DNA from: a virus
Lineage: Duplodnaviria; Caudoviricetes
Length of the DNA: 34,255 nt
Reading direction: 5' to 3' (one strand)
IMG/VR virus record: IMGVR_UViG_3300043391_000745
Span: 1 to 34,255 of that record
Made by a program: the position numbers and the translations under genes. Positions 1-6,611 of this stretch are shown here, piece after piece. Under the pieces are notes generated by a model, which worked only from the letters and a program-made list of their open reading frames with translations, was not told where the DNA came from and made no database searches. The first letter of the stretch is position 1. Each line of letters begins with the position of its first letter.

Positions 1-2
1 CT

Positions 3-197
3 TCTTGTGGCTATAATAAATATCCAGATGTTCTTGAATTTCATCATAGAGATGCAGAAACAAAAGAATTTGATTGGAAAAAACTTCGTCAGATGTCTTG
101 GGATAAGGTAACAAAAGAATTAGATAAGTGCGATATGCTCTGCGCTAACTGCCATAGAGAGCGACATTACGAAATATTTTCTCTAAATAAAAAATAG
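3..197 (+). CDS. HNH endonuclease, 5'-truncated by window edge
   Basis: Manual translation SCGYNKYPDVLEFHHRD...ELDKCDMLCANCHRERH ending at TAG 195-197; HH...LCxNCH signature of HNH nucleases. Confidence 0.85.
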   Translation, partial: SCGYNKYPDVLEFHHRDAETKEFDWKKLRQMSWDKVTKELDKCDMLCANCHRERHYEIFSLNKK

Positions 198-213
198 AAT
201 GTATTCTATCTAT

Positions 214-330
214 GTGAGAAATATTTTTGAGAAATTCGGCGTGGAGTTTTTTATTTTATGTTTAATGTTAATGATTTGTTGGAGCGGGGCACAAGAATTG
301 GTCAAAATAGTAATTACACATTTAAAATAA
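214..330 (+). CDS. small membrane protein (38 aa; alternative ATG at 199)
   Basis: Manual ORF MRNIFEKFGVEFFILCLMLMICWSGAQELVKIVITHLK with one hydrophobic stretch. Confidence 0.45.
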   Translation: MRNIFEKFGVEFFILCLMLMICWSGAQELVKIVITHLK

Positions 331-400
331 TTTTTTTTTAAAATCATATTTTTGTAAATAATAATTGAAATATCTAAAGTTCTAATGTAAAATACTATAG

Positions 401-562
401 ATGAAAAATGAAAATAGAATCAGCAAGATTTTAGAGAAAAGAGTTCTTAAAGACGAAGATCCTAAAACTATAGCTCAAATAGATAAGTTTTTAAATAATC
501 TAGAAGTCGTTTTCGTTAAATGGGCTAAAGCTCATCCCAATTGGAAAGAATCAGAAGAATAA
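401..562 (+). CDS. hypothetical protein (53 aa)
   Basis: Manual ORF MKNENRISKILEKRVLKDEDPK...HPNWKESEE; ATGTAA late-type motif at 385-390. Confidence 0.6.
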   Translation: MKNENRISKILEKRVLKDEDPKTIAQIDKFLNNLEVVFVKWAKAHPNWKESEE

Positions 563-571
563 TTAATTACT

Positions 572-646
572 GTAACTGGTTTAGTATCAAGTAGTTACAA
601 AAGATCCCTCCCTGCCGTCGTAAGTCGTTGACCATCAATGAGATTT
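572..646. repeat. 75-bp double-palindrome element, copy 1
   Basis: GTAACTGGTTTA-GTA-TCAAGTAGTTAC (572-598), 21-bp core AAAAGATCCCTCCCTGCCGTC, GTAAGTCGTTGA-CCA-TCAATGAGATTT (620-646). Confidence 0.9.
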
Positions 647-661
647 AACTAAAGATTTTTC

Positions 662-689
662 TTGTGAAAAAGCAAAGGTATGGTATATT
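662..689 (+). promoter_or_regulatory. sigma70-type early promoter, likely leaderless transcript
   Basis: TTGTGA-16 bp-(TGG)TATATT, ATG 6 nt downstream at 696. Confidence 0.7.
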
Positions 690-695
690 TAACCT

Positions 696-962
696 ATGAA
701 CAAAATCAAAAACGCAGTTATATACTTAACCTCATATCTGAAACACTTCGTCCTTTTCCTTTTTGGGCAAAGGTATTTAATCGAATACAAACCTTACGGC
801 AAGGATGATGTTTATACTTACATCATCAGCAAGCCTTCGTCCCACACGATTAGCAAGGCTGGCAACAAACTCTTTACGAGTTTTTGCTTCTCTGGTCGTA
901 TGGATTCTGGCGTGAAGCAATTCCGCTATGATAGAATTACTGGCGGTCTCTCACCAGTATAA
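696..962 (+). CDS. hypothetical early protein
   Basis: 88-aa ORF directly behind the promoter and followed by hairpins. Confidence 0.7.
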   Translation: MNKIKNAVIYLTSYLKHFVLFLFGQRYLIEYKPYGKDDVYTYIISKPSSHTISKAGNKLFTSFCFSGRMDSGVKQFRYDRITGGLSPV

Positions 963-1014
963 CAACAGAGAGATTAGAGGGTTTATTATTCTGTTCCCTC
1001 TATTCTTCATATAG

Positions 1015-1047
1015 AAAGGGCGAGACCTAAAAAATCTCGTCTTTTTT
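1015..1047 (+). terminator. intrinsic terminator
   Basis: AAAGGGCGAGA-loop-TCTCGTCTTTTTT hairpin with U-tract. Confidence 0.7.
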
Positions 1048-1048
1048 A

Positions 1049-1076
1049 TTGCACATAAACAAAGTTATGTTAAGAT
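1049..1076 (+). promoter_or_regulatory. sigma70-type promoter with no downstream ORF
   Basis: TTGCAC-16 bp-(TGT)TAAGAT, same geometry as the other early promoters. Confidence 0.6.
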
Positions 1077-1083
1077 AGTTTTA

Positions 1084-1210
1084 GTTCTTTTCCGCAAGGT
1101 GTGGAGTGACTAACCCATTAACGCCCTTGAAACCCCAATGCCCAGAGTCTGAGGCAAGTAGATGTGGGTATATATTCTCTTTGATTCTAGAGCAGAGAGA
1201 GCGGAAAGAA
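1084..1210 (+). ncRNA. candidate structured small RNA (~125 nt)
   Basis: Own promoter; 5' TTCTTTTCCGC pairs with 3' GCGGAAAGAA; internal stems ACCCAT/GTGGGT, TGCCCAG/CTGAGGCA, TCTCTTTG/CAGAGAGA; only a 4-codon ATG ORF inside. Confidence 0.5.
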
Positions 1211-1387
1211 TTATTTATTACGCCACTTTTCTCTGTGATAGCAAACCCAACTTAATAAAGCTTTTTCAAAACCAATATCTTGACCAGCTTTTTCGCTTTC
1301 AATCCATTTATGTTTTAATATCTCTTCTCGTTCTTGGATAAATTTTTTGTAAAGAGCAGATGATTCGACCAAGCCAGATACTTTCAT
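1211..1387 (-). CDS. DUF4032-like small protein (58 aa, not in ORF track)
   Basis: Manual translation MKVSGLVESSALYKKFIQEREEILKHKWIESEKAGQDIGFEKALLSWVCYHREKWRNK; motif EILxHKWxxSEKAGxDIGFExAxxxW recognised from memory; GTGTAA 9 nt upstream. Confidence 0.75.
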   Translation of the reverse strand: MKVSGLVESSALYKKFIQEREEILKHKWIESEKAGQDIGFEKALLSWVCYHREKWRNK

Positions 1388-1426
1388 TAATTTATATTAC
1401 ACTATATTGCTTTTAAATCAAGATTT

Positions 1427-1501
1427 TTATCTCTCTTATAGTCAAAGACTTACAACGCAAGGGCCCCTGCCTTTATAAGTTGTTGATGGTGAATGAGATT
1501 T
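1427..1501. repeat. 75-bp double-palindrome element, copy 2
   Basis: TTATCTCTCTTA-TAG-TCAAAGACTTAC, core AACGCAAGGGCCCCTGCCTTT, ATAAGTTGTTGA-TGG-TGAATGAGATTT. Confidence 0.9.
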
Positions 1502-1506
1502 ATTAG

Positions 1507-1534
1507 TAGACAAAAAGATAATTTCTGATATATT
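1507..1534 (+). promoter_or_regulatory. early promoter, likely leaderless
   Basis: TAGACA-16 bp-(TGA)TATATT, ATG 6 nt downstream at 1541. Confidence 0.7.
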
Positions 1535-1540
1535 TAAGCT

Positions 1541-2377
1541 ATGAAAGTAAACGAAATTATCACTGAAAAATTCATCGAAGCCCTCAACAAAGGAGTCATC
1601 CCTTGGCAGAAGCCTTGGAAAGTTTTTGACCTCTGCAATGGAGTTTCCAAAAAAGGTTATAGGGGCATCAATCAATTCTTACTTCGCATGGTAGCTTCTG
1701 ATGATTTCTTTTTTACATTCAATCAGATTAAAGAACTTGGCGGAAGAATCAAAAAAGGTGCTAAGTCCCATATGGTAGTTTATTACAAACTATTAAAGAA
1801 GAAAGATGATGAGTCGGGTGGCTTTCCTCTTATGAGATTCTATAAAGTTTTTGGTTTGAGTGATATTGAGGGCATGAAGTGGAAACAGCCCGAAGTTAAG
1901 AAGTTGGATTTTTCACCAGTAGAAGAAGCAGAAAAGTTAATCAACAAGTGCGTGATTCAGATTAAGTATGGTGGCAGTCGTGCCTGTTACTATCCAGAAG
2001 ATCATAAGATTGATTTGCCTCCAAAAGAAAATTTCAACAGCGTTGAGGAGTATTACTCCACAGCATTTCATGAGATCGGCCACGCTATGCATAAAAGCAC
2101 AGGCGATAATGTTAAGAATGGTTTTGGTTCTCAGAATTATAGCAAAGAAGAATTGACCGCAGAGATTTTTGCGAGCCTCTGTCTTAACTTCTGCGGAATT
2201 GATTCTGAAAAATGTTTTAACAATTCTGCCAGCTATCTTTCTAGTTGGTTAGAAGTATTAAAAAAAGATACAAACTTTATCATCTCAGCTTCTAGCAAAG
2301 CACAAAAAAGATTTGACGCTTTTATTGATAGAAAAGAAAGCGAAGAGATTCAAGAAGAAGAAGCTGTAACTGCTTAA
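1541..2377 (+). CDS. ardC: ArdC-like antirestriction protein (ssDNA-binding N-domain plus zincin-like metallopeptidase domain)
   Basis: IPWQKPW, YRGIN, TFNQIKELGGRIKKG, ACYYP, YYSTAFHEIGH (HExxH) and YSKEELTAE motifs typical of ArdC. Confidence 0.88.
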   Translation: MKVNEIITEKFIEALNKGVIPWQKPWKVFDLCNGVSKKGYRGINQFLLRMVASDDFFFTFNQIKELGGRIKKGAKSHMVVYYKLLKKKDDESGGFPLMRFYKVFGLSDIEGMKWKQPEVKKLDFSPVEEAEKLINKCVIQIKYGGSRACYYPEDHKIDLPPKENFNSVEEYYSTAFHEIGHAMHKSTGDNVKNGFGSQNYSKEELTAEIFASLCLNFCGIDSEKCFNNSASYLSSWLEVLKKDTNFIISASSKAQKRFDAFIDRKESEEIQEEEAVTA

Positions 2378-2440
2378 GTATTAACTACTTACGCAAGCGG
2401 GGTCCCTGCCTTCGTAAGTCATTGATAGTCAATGAGATTT
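2366..2440. repeat. 75-bp double-palindrome element, copy 3 (overlaps ArdC stop codon)
   Basis: GTAACTGCTTAA-GTA-TTAACTACTTAC, core GCAAGCGGGGTCCCTGCCTTC, GTAAGTCATTGA-TAG-TCAATGAGATTT. Confidence 0.9.
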
Positions 2441-2455
2441 AACTGTAAAAAAAAC

Positions 2456-2483
2456 TTGTCACAAGAAAAAAAAGTGTTAATCT
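2456..2483 (+). promoter_or_regulatory. early promoter, likely leaderless
   Basis: TTGTCA-16 bp-(TGT)TAATCT, ATG 6 nt downstream at 2490. Confidence 0.75.
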
Positions 2484-2489
2484 AATTCT

Positions 2490-3125
2490 ATGTTCAAAAA
2501 CAAAAAACAAGCCGAAGAGATTGTTGGCACACTCTCAAAACCCTCGAAGATGCCTGGATATGCTTATTCAACTCCTGCCAAGCGTTGTCTTATCGGGCAG
2601 AAAATGCGGAATGTTGTAGGAAGCATTTGTGCTTTTTGCTACGCTCTTAAAGGGCGTTATGTTTTCCCCAATGTTCAAAAAGCTATGGAAAAGCGTTTCG
2701 CTTCTCTTACTAACGATTTGTGGGTAGATGCTATGACTTATTTGATTGGCAAGGTTAAGAATCCACATTTCAGGTGGCACGATTCAGGAGACTTGCAAGG
2801 TGTGTGGCATATTGAAAAGATTGTGAAGATTGCAAAGAATCTTCCGCATATTTCCTTTTGGTTGCCCACAAGAGAGTATGCTTTTGTCTCAACCTATATT
2901 GAAAAAGGTGGAGAAGTGCCAAGCAATCTTACCATTCGTTTGTCTGCTCTGATGATGGATGGCCCCGCACCCGTAGGAATTGCACAACGCCTTGGCTTAT
3001 GCGTTAGCGGTGCGAGCAAGTTAGGAAACTTTAACTGCCCAAGCTCTAAACAAGGTAACAAGTGCGGTGATTGTCGCAAGTGTTGGGATAAAAATGAGTT
3101 TGCAATCGACTATAAAAAGCATTAA
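2490..3125 (+). CDS. Gp88-like Cys-rich phage protein
   Basis: LSKPSKMPG, C-x13-CxxCYA, FRWHDSGD, FWLPTRE and C-terminal CPxxxxxxxCGDCRKCW match the phage 'gene product 88' family. Confidence 0.75.
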   Translation: MFKNKKQAEEIVGTLSKPSKMPGYAYSTPAKRCLIGQKMRNVVGSICAFCYALKGRYVFPNVQKAMEKRFASLTNDLWVDAMTYLIGKVKNPHFRWHDSGDLQGVWHIEKIVKIAKNLPHISFWLPTREYAFVSTYIEKGGEVPSNLTIRLSALMMDGPAPVGIAQRLGLCVSGASKLGNFNCPSSKQGNKCGDCRKCWDKNEFAIDYKKH

Positions 3126-3186
3126 GATGTATAGGTGACATTAATATTAATTTGTATAGGCTTATTATTATCATTCTTAATCTAAA

Positions 3187-3339
3187 ATGAAAATTGAAAA
3201 ATTATTAAACGAAAACTTAGAATCTTTTTATCCTTGGAGCGACAACGATAATCCTCCACTCGATACGAATAAAAAAACCTTTGTAGAAAAAGAAAAAGAA
3301 ACTCTAGAAGATTTTGAGGGTTGGCGAGCTTGTATGTAA
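3187..3339 (+). CDS. hypothetical protein (50 aa)
   Basis: Manual ORF MKIEKLLNENLESFYPWSDND...EDFEGWRACM, ending 13 bp before repeat copy 4. Confidence 0.55.
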   Translation: MKIEKLLNENLESFYPWSDNDNPPLDTNKKTFVEKEKETLEDFEGWRACM

Positions 3340-3352
3340 AAAACTCTCTGTT

Positions 3353-3427
3353 GTAAGTCGTTGACCATTAACGATTTACAGCCGCAGGGAGGTTGCCGCT
3401 GTAAGTCGTTGATACTCAGAGACTTAG
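3353..3427. repeat. 75-bp double-palindrome element, copy 4 (core inverted)
   Basis: GTAAGTCGTTGA-CCA-TTAACGATTTAC, core AGCCGCAGGGAGGTTGCCGCT (GCAGGG is the reverse complement of CCCTGC), GTAAGTCGTTGA-TAC-TCAGAGACTTAG. Confidence 0.92.
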
Positions 3428-3519
3428 CGACGCTCTATAATTGATTTTATCAAAGCATAAATTAATTGCACAAAAACCAAACCAAAGTATGCCCAAACAC
3501 AAGTTAAAAAGATTTCCAT
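3424..3519 (-). CDS. small single-TM protein (31 aa)
   Basis: MEIFLTCVWAYFGLVFVQLIYALIKSIIERR; GGAG SD upstream; stop codon inside the repeat arm. Confidence 0.55.
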   Translation of the reverse strand: MEIFLTCVWAYFGLVFVQLIYALIKSIIERR

Positions 3520-3521
3520 AA

Positions 3522-3806
3522 TTATTCTCCACAAATTTCTGGATCACCGAAGTAACCATAGTCCTCATCTGTGCCGTGGCCAGCAGAAGCCATAGCAGAA
3601 TCATGGTCACCATCCATCGACTCATCAGGTTCACAAGATGATTCTGAAGAGCCAATGATAAGAGGATCACTTTGCTCAGAGTAAGACCGATGCACAAGAT
3701 TGTTAGCCATATTCTCCTCACGAATATCTTTCAAGATATCACGCACATCTAACACGCCCAGCATATGCTGGCTCATCCAATCTTTGAGAGAGGCTTTGTA
3801 GTCCAT
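3522..3806 (-). CDS. acidic hypothetical protein (likely start MDYKASLK at 3806)
   Basis: GGAGG SD upstream of ATG 3806; C-terminal DESMDGDHDSAMASAGHGTDEDYG. Confidence 0.7.
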   Translation of the reverse strand: MDYKASLKDWMSQHMLGVLDVRDILKDIREENMANNLVHRSYSEQSDPLIIGSSESSCEPDESMDGDHDSAMASAGHGTDEDYGYFGDPEICGE

Positions 3807-3807
3807 A

Positions 3808-3972
3808 TTATTTGACCTCCACAAGAGTTTCGTTGGAGTCATAGACTCCAGACAACGCATCGAGCATCGAGTTAACTACATCATTGGAATTGATGTAGTC
3901 AAAGAACGCATTAGCGTCCACATAGGCTTCCTCGCAGGTTTCCGTCGCTAGGTGTTGGATTTCATTTGTCAT
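3808..3972 (-). CDS. acidic hypothetical protein (54 aa)
   Basis: Manual ORF MTNEIQHLATETCEEAYVDANAFFDYINSND...LVEVK, ATG 6 nt after the -10 box. Confidence 0.7.
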   Translation of the reverse strand: MTNEIQHLATETCEEAYVDANAFFDYINSNDVVNSMLDALSGVYDSNETLVEVK

Positions 3973-3978
3973 AAGTTA

Positions 3979-4006
3979 AATGTATCACAGATTATTTTTA
4001 GATCAA
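3979..4006 (-). promoter_or_regulatory. early promoter, likely leaderless
   Basis: TTGATC-16 bp-(TGA)TACATT on the minus strand. Confidence 0.7.
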
Positions 4007-4122
4007 CATTTATTTTCAAAAAAATTGAATAGAAGAACCTCTAATAGTAAATAGGAAATAGGTTAATAGTAAATAGCACGATCTTTCGCTTTCATTCAGT
4101 TTTATGTTGAAAATCATCATTT

Positions 4123-4197
4123 GTAAGTCATTGATAGTCAAGCACTTAGGCGGGGCGCCTCCCTGCGCTTGCAAGTCGTTGATACTCAGGCTCTTAC
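4123..4197. repeat. 75-bp double-palindrome element, copy 5
   Basis: GTAAGTCATTGA-TAG-TCAAGCACTTAG, core GCGGGGCGCCTCCCTGCGCTT, GCAAGTCGTTGA-TAC-TCAGGCTCTTAC. Confidence 0.92.
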
Positions 4198-4331
4198 AAG
4201 AGGTCTCTGAGATTCAAACAACTCGCAGAAAGATAGTAGAAAAATCTCTCTCGTAAAAAGTTTTTCTGTTCACCATTTTTCACGGCGAGTCTATAAGTTT
4301 TTTTATTTATTTTGAAAAGTATTTTTTTCAT
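4194..4331 (-). CDS. small basic protein (45 aa)
   Basis: MKKILFKINKKTYRLAVKNGEQKNFLRERFFYYLSASCLNLRDLL; TAATG coupling to the upstream gene, GGAG SD, stop inside the repeat arm. Confidence 0.55.
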   Translation of the reverse strand: MKKILFKINKKTYRLAVKNGEQKNFLRERFFYYLSASCLNLRDLL

Positions 4332-4753
4332 TAGTCTCCTTTGTATTGTCCACCGCTATTATATGCTTCAGAGATTCCAGCAGAGATTCTTTTAGTTGAT
4401 TTTACTTTTTCTAAAAGTTCTTCAGTTGATTCAACTTTTTTGATGTCGAAGTATTCTCCAACGCTTGTCAAAAGTTCGTATCCACCCGAAAGAGTCCAAA
4501 GCATTAGATTCTTTAAGAAAGGTAAGTTTGGATAATGGCTATGTTCGGTAGCATCAGCATACCAGATTTCGGTTTCAGTAGTTTCACCACCGATTCTCCA
4601 AAACGATTTGTAGGAAACTTGTATAAAGTCTCCTGCTTTGATGTTAAGTGAACGGAAAGCCTCAAGTGCTTCGTTTTCTTTGCGAGCATTTTCAGCTCTG
4701 CGATTTTGCATTTCTTCTCTGAATTGTTTCATTTGTTCTTTATTTCTTTTCAT
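4331..4753 (-). CDS. hypothetical early protein
   Basis: 140-aa ORF directly behind a TTGACA promoter. Confidence 0.75.
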   Translation of the reverse strand: MKRNKEQMKQFREEMQNRRAENARKENEALEAFRSLNIKAGDFIQVSYKSFWRIGGETTETEIWYADATEHSHYPNLPFLKNLMLWTLSGGYELLTSVGEYFDIKKVESTEELLEKVKSTKRISAGISEAYNSGGQYKGD

Positions 4754-4759
4754 ATCTTT

Positions 4760-4787
4760 AATCTATCACACTTTCCTATTTTGTCAA
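4760..4787 (-). promoter_or_regulatory. early promoter, likely leaderless
   Basis: TTGACA-16 bp-(TGA)TAGATT, ATG 6 nt downstream at 4753. Confidence 0.8.
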
Positions 4788-4792
4788 ACTTT

Positions 4793-4819
4793 TTTTCTCT
4801 TTGATTATTAACGATTTAG
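4793..4819. repeat. lone degenerate 27-bp half-element
   Basis: TTTTCTCTTTGA-TTA-TTAACGATTTAG; abuts the -35 box and contains the stop of 4816..5034. Confidence 0.6.
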
Positions 4820-5034
4820 CGATACCATACAAGAGAATCTGTATCGACATTATACAATCCGCTACGAAGATAAATGGTTGTCCATTTACCTTTATCCTCA
4901 CCTTCGAGGATTTCAGCAGTTGCAGTCATAGTTTTCCAACCGATTGTAGAAGGGAAAACCTTTACGAGTAGTCTTTCGTGACCATATCGAAAAGTATTTT
5001 CATCTGTAGTTAGTTCTTTATTTATTGTTATCAT
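4816..5034 (-). CDS. hypothetical protein, paralog of 5035..5304
   Basis: Shares LVKV...TAxxxxLEGxDKxKxxTIxL with the neighbouring ORF. Confidence 0.7.
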   Translation of the reverse strand: MITINKELTTDENTFRYGHERLLVKVFPSTIGWKTMTATAEILEGEDKGKWTTIYLRSGLYNVDTDSLVWYR

Positions 5035-5304
5035 TTATTTATTTTCCTTTACTAGTTTAGCATTGTTGAGGTTGATTGTTCCAACCTTATCTTTATCTTT
5101 ACCTTCTAGGAAGGTTACAACCGCAGTATTTGCAGAAGTTTTATAAGAAACTTTTACTAAAGTTCCTTCGTATAGGTAAACATCACCGAAGTATGTTGGT
5201 GTGTTGTTAGAGTTAGTTATGATGGATTCAGTAGTATCCATATTTTTACGCATATTTTCACGCATTTGTCTGCGGTGAAAATTCCAATTTATCATTTTAT
5301 TCAT
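5035..5304 (-). CDS. hypothetical protein, paralog of 4816..5034
   Basis: LVKVSYKTSANTAVVTFLEGKDKDKVGTINL; promoter TTGACT-16 bp-(TGG)TAAACT at 5355-5382. Confidence 0.7.
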   Translation of the reverse strand: MNKMINWNFHRRQMRENMRKNMDTTESIITNSNNTPTYFGDVYLYEGTLVKVSYKTSANTAVVTFLEGKDKDKVGTINLNNAKLVKENK

Positions 5305-5378
5305 TTTATTTATTTTCTTTCTTTGTTATTTGTTATCTTTTATCTTATGTATATAGTTTACCACAATTCGTCCAAAAG

Positions 5379-5567
5379 TCAAATTATTTCTTCAATTTGT
5401 TTTTCGTTGATTATCATAGAGTTATGATGAGCAACTTCAACTTTGTGTTCATATTTTGCGAAACTTTCATCGAGTCTCTTTTGGGATTCTTCAACGGCTT
5501 TTTTGAGGTCAGCCGAAGCTTTGTCTAAATTTCCGAGGAGGATTTCTAATTTTGTTTTTCTTTTCAT
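5379..5567 (-). CDS. small coiled-coil-like protein, paralog of 6608..6760
   Basis: MKRKTKLEILLGNLDKASADLKKA...HKVEVAH; promoter TTGCAA-16 bp-(TGA)TAAATT at 5574-5601, ATG 6 nt after. Confidence 0.75.
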   Translation of the reverse strand: MKRKTKLEILLGNLDKASADLKKAVEESQKRLDESFAKYEHKVEVAHHNSMIINEKQIEEII

Positions 5568-5616
5568 ACTCTTAATTTATCACATTTTGGAAATTTTGCA
5601 AGATATTTCTTCATTT

Positions 5617-5691
5617 AAATCTCGTTCACCATCAACGAGTTACGACGCAAGGGACCCTGCCGCCGCAAGTGATTGATATTCAACTACTTAC
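5617..5691. repeat. 75-bp double-palindrome element, copy 6
   Basis: AAATCTCGTTCA-CCA-TCAACGAGTTAC, core GACGCAAGGGACCCTGCCGCC, GCAAGTGATTGA-TAT-TCAACTACTTAC. Confidence 0.92.
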
Positions 5692-6065
5692 AACTTGTAA
5701 AACTTGTGATTGCGTATTGTAGCCACTAGCCTTGCGTCCCTAGCCCACTTAGGAGCAACGCTGATGGCGTGGTAATGGTTTGCACCCTTTACAATGTCTG
5801 GCATCTGTTTATGGATGACTAGATCAGCAAGGTATAGAGCGTTCTTACCTTGTGCTGTTGCCAGTAGCTTCTTCTTGGTGGCTTCACTTACTCCACCATT
5901 CCAGAAGCTGAATTGCTTAGGCGATAGGCATACTTGCCTAGGCGTTTGCTTACGCTCTATAGTGCGTGTCTGTATGACACTAGCAACACCTGCCATACCC
6001 TCAAAGGTCTCGCCCCTAGCTTCGCCTAGTATTGTGAGTGCTACAATGAATAGTTCTGCTGTCAT
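5688..6065 (-). CDS. SleB/CwlJ-like cell wall hydrolase (Hydrolase_2); likely start MTAELF at 6065
   Basis: LTILGEARGE, VASVIQTR, QFSFWN, GANHYH, PKWA and IRNHKFY motifs. Confidence 0.88.
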   Translation of the reverse strand: MTAELFIVALTILGEARGETFEGMAGVASVIQTRTIERKQTPRQVCLSPKQFSFWNGGVSEATKKKLLATAQGKNALYLADLVIHKQMPDIVKGANHYHAISVAPKWARDARLVATIRNHKFYKL

Positions 6066-6069
6066 AGTA

Positions 6070-6489
6070 TTAGTCCCTTCCGTTGCTAACTGCACCACAG
6101 TAATCACTAGGCTTCTCTGCACTGATAGTGCCGAGGCTATACCCTTCGGAGCTACTCGCACCCCATAGGAAGCAGGTCTGACCCATAGCATCCACTATGC
6201 TCTGTGCCTTGGCCTTGGCAAGGTCAAGTAGTCCACCTTTACGCCCCTTGGCGTTGATCTTATTGATCAAGCTATGTAACGCAACCTTGGTGAGAGCGTG
6301 CATCACATCATCTGGATGAGCGTAGAAGTAGAATGCTTTGCCGTTGCCCATATCGTGCAATTTGCCGTTAGTCCCTTCCCAATTATAGATGCTATTGAAG
6401 AAGTGATTGATTTGTTTGATGTTTCCTTCGAGGAGGTAAGCATTGTTTTCGCCGAAGGTTTGGTAACTGATTTTGAGGTTTTGTTTCAT
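6070..6489 (-). CDS. hypothetical early protein
   Basis: 139-aa ORF; TTGACA (6519-6524)-17 bp-CAATAT, ATG 6 nt downstream. Confidence 0.75.
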   Translation of the reverse strand: MKQNLKISYQTFGENNAYLLEGNIKQINHFFNSIYNWEGTNGKLHDMGNGKAFYFYAHPDDVMHALTKVALHSLINKINAKGRKGGLLDLAKAKAQSIVDAMGQTCFLWGASSSEGYSLGTISAEKPSDYCGAVSNGRD

Positions 6490-6527
6490 TGGTCTATATT
6501 GCCTTTCTGTTTATGTTTTGTCAACTA

Positions 6528-6611
6528 TTATTTTTTAGCTGTTGCCATACCATAGATGCCGAGGATAAGGCACCCAATGGTAAGAGCGAAGATGATTTCT
6601 ATTTGATTCAT
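6528..6611 (-). CDS. small single-TM protein (27 aa)
   Basis: MNQIEIIFALTIGCLILGIYGMATAKK; ATGA overlap with the upstream stop. Confidence 0.55.
   Translation of the reverse strand: MNQIEIIFALTIGCLILGIYGMATAKK

Noticed and set aside
4199-4225. Possible third palindrome after element 5 (AGAGGTCTCTGA-GAT-TCAAACAACTCG)
   Set aside because: Only the central TGA-N3-TCA matches, and it lies in a coding region
1442-6555. Track ORFs 1442-1675, 1968-2156, 2568-2780, 2894-3079, 3416-3721, 4341-4535, 5443-5676, 5794-6168 and 6298-6555
   Set aside because: They overlap better-supported genes or run through repeat elements, and lack promoter or SD support
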